Positions 11,901 to 23,915 of a stretch of DNA of 64,000 bases are shown in pieces. The notes under the pieces are model-generated. The model worked only from the letters and a program-made list of their open reading frames with translations. It was not told the DNA's origin and searched no databases. The stretch is taken from positions 175,708,001-175,772,000 of the forward strand of contig OZ360221.1 in assembly GCA_977017645.1 (NCBI GenBank). The letters run 5' to 3'. How positions within the stretch are numbered: the first letter of the stretch is position 1; each line of letters starts with the position of its first letter. The translations under genes and the position numbers were made by a program. Source of the stretch: Torpedo marmorata. Its lineage: Eukaryota.

Positions 11901-13224
11901 AAATAGTGGGGTTACAGTTCGTACTTATCTTCCATATCAACAAATAAGCATTTTTGCAAAAATAGACTGGCTGACCTTCCTCCTCTCCTGGTCCAAGGGT
12001 ATCTGTTCGAAATTAAAGGCTTCAATTCTTAACCTAGTGGAGAAGAATAAACATAGCACAATTCAGAAATAGAATAAAAGATGCATATTGTCAGGATGAG
12101 TGACATTTGGACATTTAATGAGCCCTGCAAAACATTTTAGAATAAATGTTCATTTTCAGGATTACTTTGATATGTAATCAGCTAACTAAGGTTATTAAGT
12201 CATGATTACTATGCATGGTGTACTTCCATTAGTTAGTGGTCAAATTTTTCCAAACTTGATACACATCTTGTCTTTATCAAAGCTGAAGTTGAATTGCTGC
12301 AGTCTTTTCTGGGTAGAATACACTCACTGAAAGTATAATTTGTCACAATTCCCAAGTGAATAATTAAAATCACTGTAAATGTTTAAGACCACCCATCAGA
12401 CAGTTATGGATTGATTATACAAATATCAATTTAAAATTCAGTTCAAAATTGAGTTGTTTCATTGAAAATTAAAGCTTTCAACATTGTTATGACAATAGCA
12501 CGAGTTATTGCAAGAAGGTACTTCCAGCAAACATGAGCAAGTTCTCTATACTGTCATGATATAGAAATATTTTGTAGTGATCACATCCATGGGGCATTTA
12601 TGCATTGCATTGATTTCCATTCCATCACACATGAAAACTAAAAAAGATTGTAGCAAGATTATTGAATTAGTTTGAAAATTAACAAGGATTAAAATCACAT
12701 GCTTAAAACAGCGCACCCAGTGTTCTGTCAAGCAAATCTTGTACTGCTTATTTCTTCCTTAATTAGCATCCTGTTTAGAGAGGCAAATTTCAAAGATGGT
12801 ACTTATTGAATGCAGCTGTCAAAAATAAGCCTTGCATTCTTCTGCTGAAGTCCAATCAAAAGATACAGTGTTTGGATGTATGCATGTTGCTGGTTTGTCC
12901 AGGCACAACGATTTGAGGAAATTCACAACTGTAAATTATTGCAGGCCTTGAAAATTAACAGTGAATTCAGCATGTAATAAAAATAGTAGTTTCAGGAAAT
13001 CACTGTGGCCAGGTATTTCCTAGCAGTGGCTCACTGGCTTCACTTGTCCTATACCCTTAGATGCACAGTGGAGCAGATCTTCCAGCCATAGCTCCTTAAC
13101 TATAGCCAGCTCCAATTGGTTAGCAAGATTCTTTGCAGTGCAGGGCCTTACAACAAACTCTTCCCACAGAAATACTTTGGATGCCCTCTGGCTTCCTGGC
13201 TGTTCTCATCTTTTTATAAAAGCA

Positions 13225-13685
13225 TATATTTGCCTTGGAGGTAGTGCAGTGAAGGTTCACTCGATTGATTCCAGTTATAAAGGGGTTATGTCATGAAGGA
13301 AGGTTCAACAGACTGCGCCTACTCTTTCTGAATTTTAGACGAATGAGAGCTTAGTTTATGAGGAGATTTGATACAGCAGCTGTGGAGAGGGTATTTCCTC
13401 TGATGGGGAGGGGACAGTCTCAGGATAAATGGTGACCCAAGAGATGAGGAGGAATATTTTTTCTCTCAAAGACCTGTGAATCTTTGAAATTCTCTAAGCC
13501 CAGACAATGGTGAATGCTGAACCATTAAGATTGTTTAGGATTGAAGTAGATTTTTAAAAATATTTTAAGGAAATTAAGGCCTGTGAGAACCAGGCAATCA
13601 AATTAATTTAGGTCAATGTCAGCTTGGCCAGGACTTTTTGGAATGGCCATGTTGTTTTCTCCTACTCGTATTTTTTTTTGTTCTA
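13225..13685 (+). mobile_element. Old CR1 3' remnant
   Basis: ttgccttggaggtagtgcag.gaaggttcac...gagatgaggaggaat...cctactcgtat pattern. Confidence 0.65.
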
Positions 13686-14675
13686 AATGCGCAGTAGGTT
13701 AATCAGCATCTGTAGAGAGACAGAAAGTGTTAATGGTGGGCAAAACTTTTCTTTCTGTGATATTTTATTTCACTATATCAGAACCGGGGAAGGTTGGAGA
13801 AAAACATTTTCAGTACAAAAGAGGTGATGAAGAAGGCAAAAAATAAATAAAATGAACAAAAGTGAATGATAGTCAAAAGCAAGCAATTGAATGTATGTCA
13901 AAAGAAGCTGAAGAGAAGTCTACAAAAATTTCAAATGGAAGATGTATCATTATTTGAGAGACTGTGTAACTTGTCTTCATGAACTCAGCTTAGAATGTAA
14001 GAGTGCAGTAAGTGCTCTCATTCCTGCAACTGTAGGAATGTTGGGATGATTGTTGTAGAGGCCAGCTGCAAACAAGTTGCAGTTGGGTGAGAAAGGGAAT
14101 GCTTTTGAGATTGGAAAATTTCATTCTTTTTTCTTGAGGTAAACTGTCAGTTGAGAATCCTGTTGAAAGCATGCTCTGAATAATAAATAATCCTGATTAA
14201 TAATGACTCTAGTAATTCTTTCTTGAAAGCTGAGGTCAGGTCACAGTGAACTCTGCACTTCCGTCTGGAGTTTCTTCCCCATCTGATTTAGCAGAAAGGA
14301 ACAAAATATATGTATGGGAGGGAATTGGTAGGTAAAGGTTGTCAGTGTTTGATCATTTTAAAGCAATCAGGATATCTATCTGTATTCACCAGTTGAATGT
14401 TTTTAGCAAAGAAAAATGCTGAAAGTTAACTAGAAGTTTCAAGGTTATGATTGAGAATTAACAACACAATTGTTTTATTCAGGAAGTTCTAATGTACAGC
14501 GCAAAAGGTCATGATTTGAGAAGTAAATCAGGGATTGATGAAAATTGCGATTGATCTTCTACCAAGTTGCCACGTAGTTTTGTTCTCTTCACATTTAAGT
14601 TTTTAGACTGTAAGGTTAACAAGTGCTAGTAAAATATTATCACCCTCTATTAAATGAATTCATTTTTATTTACAG

Positions 14676-14726
14676 GTGTTTAATCTTTCTGAAAGGAGAT
14701 ATGACCTCTCCAAGCTGAACTCCAAG
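14676..14726 (+). CDS. TNS3: Tensin-3 exon: VFNLSERRYDLSKLNSK
   Basis: tttttatttacag|GTG acceptor and AAG|gtgtgt donor; 51 nt, phase 0-0, in frame with its neighbours; contains the PTEN-like NLSE..YD motif. Confidence 0.93.
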
Positions 14727-17017
14727 GTGTGTTTTTGATGTAGTGAACTGTCCTTTGTATTTCTGACCTTTGACTAAAACAAGCAAATCCTTGATTTCAA
14801 TCCTGTGACACTCCATGTGATTAGCTGACACTGTAGTTTTATATTTTGCTACTTAAAGTAAAATATTACATATTTTTTGTTTCCTTCTGTATATTTGATG
14901 ATTCTTCCCAGCATTTTATCTCTGATTATTTCTGTCTAAAATTTTGGACAATTTTGGAAAGCTCTACCATGAATCCAAGCAGCTCTGTGCATTTTTGTGG
15001 ATTTCCTTTAATAAAGCCAACTGATTCGTCATTCTGGATTAGGGGCACTTACTAAAAATGCAATAAAGTAGATTGTCGAGAACCCAAACTGTTCTACATA
15101 ATGTTTAAAAATATAACATCAGGAAAGAAAAATACATTACCCATCATTAAAACGTTTAATAAATGTGTACTCATTAATTACAAGATGTTTTTGCCTATCT
15201 GGATATGCTATTGGGCAATGATGATTACTTGTTTTATTTACTCAATTAAATAAAAGGTTGGAAGAGTTTATTTTCCTTTACCCTTCTCCAAAGTAAGATG
15301 TACAAAATCAGAGCAATGCAAGGAAAATCAACACAAATCCTTTGCTCCCATTTTGTTCTTGGTTGTCATTGACTTTGCCTGAGAAGTGAATTGCAATTAA
15401 AATCTCATGCAGATTGATTCCAGAGGTCTCTGGACCAGATTTATTGTAATGATGGTTGATGCATTTCAGAGATAAACTAACTCTGAAAAGCTGATGTTCA
15501 GGTGTCATTGGTTTCAACATATGCACAAAACATTGATAAAATGGATGTTTGATAATTGTTTTTGAACAATGAATTATAGTACAGATTCATATCTTGTTGC
15601 AGAATACAAAATGTACTTCACCCTTTGAAGAAGTTCAGCTTAGGACCCCTTCCCAATCTTTCAATTTGTTGCTAGACACTTGGTCAAAAAAATGTCCTAA
15701 AGCTTCTGGTCAAACCAACATCCTGCACTATCATTCTTACCTTTTTGCCTCCTCGCTGCCCAGGTTGCACCACAAGGCCTTCCTCTGTCAGCTTGTCAGA
15801 AAGCAGACCATAGGTGACTTCCATATAATAGTTGTTCAGGTAACAGAAATATCCACTTACAGAATTCACAAATCAATACCCGACTTTGAGGTAGGGAATT
15901 ATCATTTGGTCTCATGGAATATAATATGGCTAAAATAGTAAATAACTGGACAATATTTTTCAACTTACAAACTTAATGCATGCACAGGTGACACAGTTTC
16001 CGACTATGGACTATTTGCATCAAATCCAACCCCCCTCCCCTAGCCCTAACACAGGGTTACTGGATTGCTACTTGGGATCACGTTGTTAGCCAAGCCATGA
16101 TACAACGAATCATGATGGATTGTGCTTTTAAATCAAAGTGCAGGAAGCCATAGCTAAACCTTACTACTGAAGGAACGAACATAGCGTATTTGTCAGACAA
16201 CCCAGCGCTGTACAAGAAAGCCAGGTATGACCTGCAAAAGGCCATCAGAGATGCCAAGAGGCAGTACGATACCAAACTTGAGTCCCAGGCAATGCACACG
16301 GTCACCAGGGCATGCATGCCATCACAGGCTACAAAGCAAAGCTGGGTAGAATAGTGAACGACAGTGCATCCCTCCCAGATGAGCTCAATGCATTCAACGC
16401 ACGCTTCAAGCAGGGGACCTGTGAGCCATTGGAAAACACCTCCTATCTCAAGCACACCAATGCAGATGACAGAGCAGCCTTCCAGAGAGTGAATCCGTGG
16501 AAAGCGACTAGACCAGACGAAATTCCCGGATGTATCCTCCGTGCCTGTGCAGAGTAACTGATGGCTGTACTCACAGACATCATCAACCAATCCCTCCAAC
16601 AGGCTGAAGTACCCACTTACTTCAAGCAGCCCACTATCGTCCCAGTGCCGAAGAAGAACATAGTGATGGGGCTAACTGACTATCGGCCGGTGGCCCAGAC
16701 ATCTACCATCATGAAGTACTTCAAGAGGTTGGTCATGGCTCACACGAACTCCAACCTACCCAGCCACCCTTGACTCACTCTAGTTCACATTCCATTGAAA
16801 CAGGTCCACCGTAGGCGCCAGGTCCCTGGCCTCACATTTATCCCTGAAACAAAAGAACATAAGAAATAGGAGCAGGTATAGGCTATCTGACCCATCAAGC
16901 CTGCTCTGCCATGCAATGCGATCATGGCTGATCTGATGATAGGCTCATCTCCACCCACCTGCCTTTTCCCCCCCATATCCCTTAATTCCCTTGCTATGTA
17001 AAAATCTATCCAACCTT

Positions 17018-17894
17018 TTTAAAAAAAATATTTTATTTAAAATTTTAAATCACAAAATACATAAAGTAAAATATAAAATTATCAAAATACTTGTGATACA
17101 TTTTCACCCACCCTCCCCTCCCTAACCCTCCCAACCCTACTAATCTAATAAAATAAAAAATAAAAATAAAAGAAAAAGATAGAGTAAGGGGAATGTCAAT
17201 CTAAAAAAAATACATCTATAAACTAATTCTATTTTGGAGGTTAGGTTCGCCAGTAGATTCGATATCCAGAGATTTTCAAATTCTTAAACCAACAACTTTC
17301 ATATATGGGCTCCAAATTTTTAAAAAGAAATGATACTTATTACGTAAATTATAAGTAATTTTTTCAAGTGGTATACATGAACGAAGTTCTGCATGCCATC
17401 TTTCTAACCCTAAATCTACATCAGATTTCCAAGTAATAGCAATACATTTCTTTGAAACAGCTAAAGCAATTCGCAAAAATTCTATTTGATACATATTTAA
17501 TTTCATCTTAATACTAAGTTTTTTAATATCTCCAAATAAAAATAACATAGGGTCCATTGGGAATGTAATCTTAAATACTTTATCTAAAAAATTTTTAACT
17601 TTCAACCAAAAATCATAAACTTTTGGACAAAACCATGTAGAATGTACAAAAGAACCTTCCTCTTTATTACATCTAAAACATAAACCTGATAATGTCGGAT
17701 TAAATTTCTTTAATTTTTTAGGTGTTAAATATAATTGATGAAAAAAATTATATTGTACTAATCTATATCTGATATTAATAATCTTCGTCATACTTAATTT
17801 ACATAATTCTTTCCAATGATTTTCATCTATTATTACATTCAAATCTAATTCCCACTTTAATCTTGATTTATGAATTCCTACTTTAGGAACTTTT
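17018..17894 (-). mobile_element. L1 3' fragment nested in CR1
   Basis: 17-bp TSD aaaatctatccaacctt (17001-17017, 17895-17911); ORF 17276-17842 is the L1 ORF2 C-terminus (CFRC..H..W.C, LEKITY); A-rich tail. Confidence 0.95.
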
Positions 17895-19514
17895 AAAATC
17901 TATCCAACCTTGTCTTAAATATATTTACTGAGGTCGCCTCCACTGCTTCAATGGGCAGCAAATTCCACAGATTCACCACCCTCTGGGAAAAACAGTTCCT
18001 CCTCATCTCTGGCCTAAATCTACTACTCTGAATCTTGAGGCTATGTCCCCTAGTTCTGGTCTCCCCTACAACTGGAAACAACTTACCTACCTCTATCGTA
18101 TCTTTGCCTTTCATAATTTTATATGTTTCTATAGGATTTCCTCTCATTCTTCTAAGTTCCAGCAAGCACAGTCCCAGGTGACTCAATCTCTCCTCGTAGG
18201 CTAATCCCCTCATCTCTTGAATCAACCTGGTGAACCTCCTCTGCACCGCCTCCAAAGCCAGTACATCCTTCCTCAAGTCAGGAGACTAGAACTGCACGCA
18301 GTACTCCAGATGTGGCCTCACCAGTACCTTGTACAGTTGCACCATAACCTCCCTGCTCCTAAATTCAATCCCTCAAGCAATGAAGGCCAATATTCCATTT
18401 GCCTTCTTGATAGCCTTCTGCACCTGCAAACTAACCTTTTGTGATTCATACACAAGCACTCCCAAGTCCTGCACGGCAGCATGCTGCAATCGCTTGCCAT
18501 TTAGATAATATTCTTATCTTCCATTTTTACTTCCAAAGTGGATAACCTCACATTTATCCTCTTCCAGATCATTTATGTATATCGTGAACAGTTGTGGGCC
18601 CAGCACCGACCACTGTGGCACACTGCTCACCACCATTTGCCAACCAGAAAAACACCCCTGTTCCCCAACTCTCTGCTTTCTATTGGTTAACCAATCCTCT
18701 ATCCATGCTAATACATCACCCCCATCTCTATGCATCCTTTTCTTCTGCTTAAGACTTTTATGCGGCACCTTATTGAATGCCTTCTGGAAATCCAGGTAAA
18801 CAACATCCATCTGCTCTCCTCTATCTACCGTGCTCGTTATATCCTCAAAGAACTCCAGTCAATTTGTCAAACAGGACCTGCCTTTGCTGAACCATGCTGC
18901 GTCTGCCTGATGGATCCATTTCGCTCCTGATGTCTCGCTATTTTTTTCTTTAATGATGGCTTCAAGCATTTTCATAACTACAGATATTAAACTAACTGGC
19001 CAAACGTTCCCTGCCTTTTGCCTACAAACTTTTTTAAATAGTGGCGTGACATTCGCCATCTTCCAATCCACCGGGACCTGCCCAGAGTCCAGAGAATTTT
19101 GGTTAAATATCATCAAGGCCTCGACTATAACTTCTGTCATTTCTTTCAGTACACTGGAATTCATTCCATCAGGACCAGGGGACTTATCCATCTTTAGACC
19201 CTCAAGTTTTCTGATTACATTACTACCTTTTTAGTGATAACTATGACATCCAGGTCCTCACCTCCCATCACAGCCATAACATCTGTATTTGGCATGTTCG
19301 ACTGTGAAGACTGACACAAAATAGCCTCAGCCATTTCCTCATTACCCAATATCAATTCCCCCTTCTCATCTTCCAAGGGACCAACCTTCACTTTAGCCAC
19401 CCTTTTGCGCTTTATATAATTATAAAAACTTTTACTGTCTGTTTTTGTATTTTATGCTAATCTTTTCTCATAGTCTACCTTCCCTCTCCTTTTTGCCTGC
19501 TTCGTTGCTAAATT

Positions 19515-20779
19515 GCTAAAGAAAAGAAAGACAGAATTCTTTTTTTAAATATTTATTTATTTTTTTAACCACCAAATAGAATTTACAATACAAATCTTTA
19601 AAAAGACAGAATTCTTATCAGAGTGATTAATTACCTGATTAGTCAACACTTCTACCTTCATAACAAATCAAAGATTATAAAAGTAATTCAAAAAGGGTCC
19701 CCACAGTGTTTGAAAACTTGAATTCAAATTGAAAATTGAGCATCTAATCTTCTCTAAATTTAAACATGACATGACGTCACGTAGCAATTGAGCATGATTA
19801 GGCGGGGTAACGTCCCTCCATCTGAGCAACACCGCCCGCCTAGCCATAAGAGAAATAAAAGCTAATACATGCAGCTCAGATGCCGTTAAAGTTATGTCAC
19901 TCTCTCCACCAATACCAATAACAATAACTGTGAAGACTGTCCAATATGGATATCTCTGGAATCTAATTCTGTTACAAAATTTTCCCTCATTTCTCTTCTT
20001 GGATCCTCACTTCCTATATCTCTAAATAAATTAACTAATAATCCGCTGGTTAAACATACTTTGAGGATATGGATACAATTTAGAAAACATTTTGGTTTAA
20101 TGAGATTTTCTCTCTCTAGTCCTATTTTTTCTAATTATTTCTTTAAACCTTCCATGATTGATGTAACTTTTAAAGAATGGTACAGATTGGGCATTAAATG
20201 TTTTAAAGATTTATTTGTCGAGGGGAGTCTTGCTTCCTTTGAACAACTTTCAGTTAAACACGGTCTACCAAATACTCATTTTTTTCGTTATCTACAGATT
20301 AGAGATTTTTTATGATCTCAATTACATACATTTCCTAAGAGGACTAATAAGAATTTAATTGATGTAATTTTTAATTTACAACCTTTCTATAATGGTTCAA
20401 TATCTAACATTTATGATATGTTGTTGGGAACAAGAGAGGCTCCCTTAGATAAAATTAAAAAATTCTGGGAACAGGACCTACAGCTTTTAATTTCTGAAGA
20501 AACTTGGAATGTAATATTCAAATTGGTTAATACCTCCTCTTTATGTGCCCGCCACTCTCTCCTACAATTTAAAGTGGTCCATAGGGCTCACATGTCCAAA
20601 GTCAAACTATCTAGTTTTTATGCGGATGTATCTCCTCGTTGTGATAAATGGAGATGCTTCATTAATTCATGTGTTCTGGACATGTCAGAGTCATGAGAAA
20701 TATTGTAACAAAGTATTTCAAACTTTCTCTGCACTTTTTAAAGTTAATTTTAAACCTAATCCCTTAACTGCTTTACTTT
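19515..20779 (-). mobile_element. L1 3' fragment with inverted 5' segment, nested in CR1
   Basis: 19620-19920 encodes the ORF2 extreme C-terminus on the minus strand. 19920-20779 encodes the immediately upstream ORF2 region on the plus strand. Flanking repeat gttgctaaatt (19504-19514, 20780-20790). Confidence 0.85.
19542..19601 (-). mobile_element. Very short L1-type 3' tail insertion
   Basis: 15-bp TSD aaagacagaattctt (19527-19541, 19602-19616) around a T-rich 60-bp insert. Confidence 0.75.
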
Positions 20780-23696
20780 GTTGCTAAATTCCAAATCTTC
20801 TAGTTTCCCTCCGCTCTTGGCAACTTTGTACGCACAAGCATTTAGTTTGATGCCTTCCTTTATTTCCTTAGTTATCCAGGGCTTGCTGTTCCCAACCTTA
20901 CTGTCCTTTATTTTAACTGGAATATACTTTTGTTGGGCACTGTGAAAAATCTCTTTGAAAGTCTTCCACTGTTCATCAACCGTCCCTCCATATAGCCTGC
21001 GTTGCCAGTCTACCCTGGCCAACTCCTCCCTCATCCCCTTGTCATTTCCTTTGTTTAGGCATCACACACTGGTTTTAGACTGAACTATTGTACCCTCCAT
21101 TTGTAAGAGAAACTCAATCATACTGTGATCACTCTTTCCAAGAGGATCCCTAACTGCAAGATCGCTAATTTTACCTGTCTCATTGCACAGGACCAGATCC
21201 AAGATAGCATGTTCCCTAGTAGGTTCAGTAACATGCTGTTCAAGAAAGCCATCACGTATGCATTCGATAAAGTCCTCCTCAAGGTTGCCTCGACCAACCT
21301 GATTCCAACCTCGTCTATGTGCATGTTAAAATCCCCGACGATGACTGCTGTTCCATCCTTACATGCCTCAGATATTTTAAACGAATAATTTTTTGATTTA
21401 TTGCCTGGGCCACTGTAATGTTATTTTTGGGTGGCCGAAAGACAACTCCCACCAGTATTTTTTTCCCTTTACGATTCCTAATCTCTACCCAAATGGATTC
21501 AACCTTTTGCTCCTTAGATCTTACATTATCTCTCATAATTGCTCTGATCTCATCCTTAACTAAGAGCGCTACCCCACCACCCTTACCTTCCTGCCTGTCC
21601 TTCCTTATAACCTGATATCCTTGTATATTTAATACCCAATCCTCTCCAACCTACAACCACATTTCTCTAATGGCCACTTAATCATACCCCTTTGTACTGA
21701 TTTGTGCCACAAGTTCACTGACCTTGTTTTGAATACTTCGGGCATTCAGATAAAGTGCCCTTATCCCATTGTGCTTTTAAAATCTGGTCATCTTTTCCTC
21801 TTTTGCACTTGACTTTTATCCCCTCTACTCTTACTTTTCTCTTTTTTAACCATTGCTTTTACTTTATCCACACTCTTCTATTTTACTTTATCCATCCCTC
21901 TCCATTCTGCTGAACCCATCCCCCTACTATTTAGTTTAAAGTCCTGTCCACAGTCCTAATTATGTGATTCGCCAGGATCCAGGTTCCATCATGGTTCAGA
22001 TGGAGCCCGTCCCCTTTGAACAGTTCCTTCCTTTCCCAATACCTGTGCTAATTTCCCATGAATTGGAATCCACTTCTCCCATACCAGTCCTTGAGCCACG
22101 CATTTTACTCTCTAATCTTCTGGACCCTGTGCCAATTTGCACATGGCTCAGGTAGTAATCCAGAGATTACCAACTTTTTGGTTCTACTTTTTAATTTGGT
22201 CCCTAGCTCCTGAAATTCCCTCAGCAGAACCTCTTTCCTGGTTCTACCTACATTATTGGTACCCACATAGACAACGACACTGGATCTTTCCCCTCCCACT
22301 GCAAATTCCTCTGTAGATCAGATAAGATGTCCCGAACCCAGGCATCAGGCAGGCAACACAGCCTTCAGGACGCTCTATCCCTGCGACAGAGAACTTTGTC
22401 TATTCCCCTAACTATAGTGTCCCTGACTACCACTACATTTCTCTTCTCTCCCCCCTCTTGGATGGTTTCCTGAACCATAGTGCCACAGTTAGGTTACTCA
22501 TCCTTCCTACAGCCCCCACTCTTATCTACACAAGGAGTATGAATCTCAGACTTGTGAGACAAGATCAAGGGCTGAGGCTCCTCCAGCACTGTCTCTTGGA
22601 TCCCACTATGTGCCTCACTCGCAGTCACACCTTCTTGTTCCTGACCACAGGCCGAATTTGAGGCAGCTGTTCTAATGGGTGCGACTGCTTCCTGAAACAA
22701 AGTGTCCAGGTATCTCTCCCCCTCCCTGATGTGTCGCAGTGTATGAAGCTCATGTCATCAATTTTGAGCCTGAATTCTTCGAGCAACCAACCCTTGCTGC
22801 AGATGTGGTCATCACGAACAACAATGGGGTCCACTTGCTCCCACATCATGAAGTGACAACACATCACCTGGTCCTACTTTATTTAATTACATCAGATATA
22901 GTGACTTTTATCTACCCACTACAAAAGCATTACCAACTCCTCACCTAAGCCTCTTGAGCCAAAGCCTCAAAGTCCCATTCCTATACTGAGCCACTCACAC
23001 ACAGGCCGCTCTACACTGGCCGCTATGTTAAGGTTCCCCTCTTTTTATTGGCTACAGTTAATTAGCCAATGGAGAAATTTAAAAGCACCTACCTTTCCTG
23101 CTGCTTTTTAAAGCCTTCTGAGCTCCTCTAACAGTCCTGGCTCCGCTTCACTCTCCTTGCCTTTTAAACGCCTTGTAAACAAAGTTCAGCTCCCGACACT
23201 CGCCAGTTGCCAAAACACCTGGACAACAAGGACACCTATGTAAGACCACTGTTTATCGATTACAGTTCATTTCTATTAAAGAAACGAATCCCCAAACTAC
23301 ATGATCTTGGTCTCACCACCCATCTCAGCAATTCGATCCATGACTTTCTATCATGCAGGCCACAATAAGTGTGAATTGGTGACAACACTTCCTCCACAAT
23401 ATCCCTCATCAGGGCACCACAAAGCTGTGTACTTAGCCCCCTACTATACTCCCGTACACCCATGACTGCATGGCCAAACACAGCTCCACAACATCGAGAA
23501 ATTTGCTCACGACACCACCGTCGTAGGCAGGATATCTAACGACAACAAAGTGCAGTATAGAAGAAAGACGGAGGGATTTGTGGCTTGGCGCCAAGTCAAC
23601 AGCTTCTCCCTCAGTGACAGTATCGAGCTGGTTATAGACTTGTGGGGGAGGGGTAAAATTCACTCCCCAGTGCATCAACAGTGCTGAGGTGGAGAT

Positions 23697-23915
23697 TTAA
23701 TTTAGACATACAGCACGGTAAAAGGCCCTTCCGGCCCACGAGCCCGTGCCGCCCAAATATCCCAATTAACCTATGACCCCGGTACGTTTTGAAGGGTGGA
23801 AGGAAACTGGAGCACCTGGAGGAAACCCACTCATACACGGTGAGAATGTACAAATTCCTTACAGACAGCGCTAGATTCGAACCCGGGTCGCTGGCGCTGT
23901 AATAACCATGCCACC
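23697..23915 (-). mobile_element. tRNA-derived SINE with CR1-like 3' tail (elasmobranch HE1/V-SINE type)
   Basis: Minus-strand B box GGTTCGAATC; core gtgggtttcctccaggtgctccagtttcct; tail gggccggaagggcct..ccgtgctgtat. Confidence 0.85.

Larger units (their letters stand above)
16852..23212 (-). mobile_element. Near full-length CR1 LINE (5' UTR, ORF1 zinc finger plus SGNH esterase, ORF2 EN-RT), decayed and interrupted by L1 insertions
   Basis: ORF1 C..MMWE..HICSK and VGTNNVG..VISGLLP (22105-22867). EN motif ESIWVEIRN..VGVVFRPP. RT motifs KSPGPDG, YLDFQKAFNKVPH and PQ.SVLGP. 3' tail at 16852. Confidence 0.92.

Noticed and set aside
23860-23915. tRNA gene
   Set aside because: Only a B-box-bearing SINE head with no complete cloverleaf; the same applies to 38205-38270.
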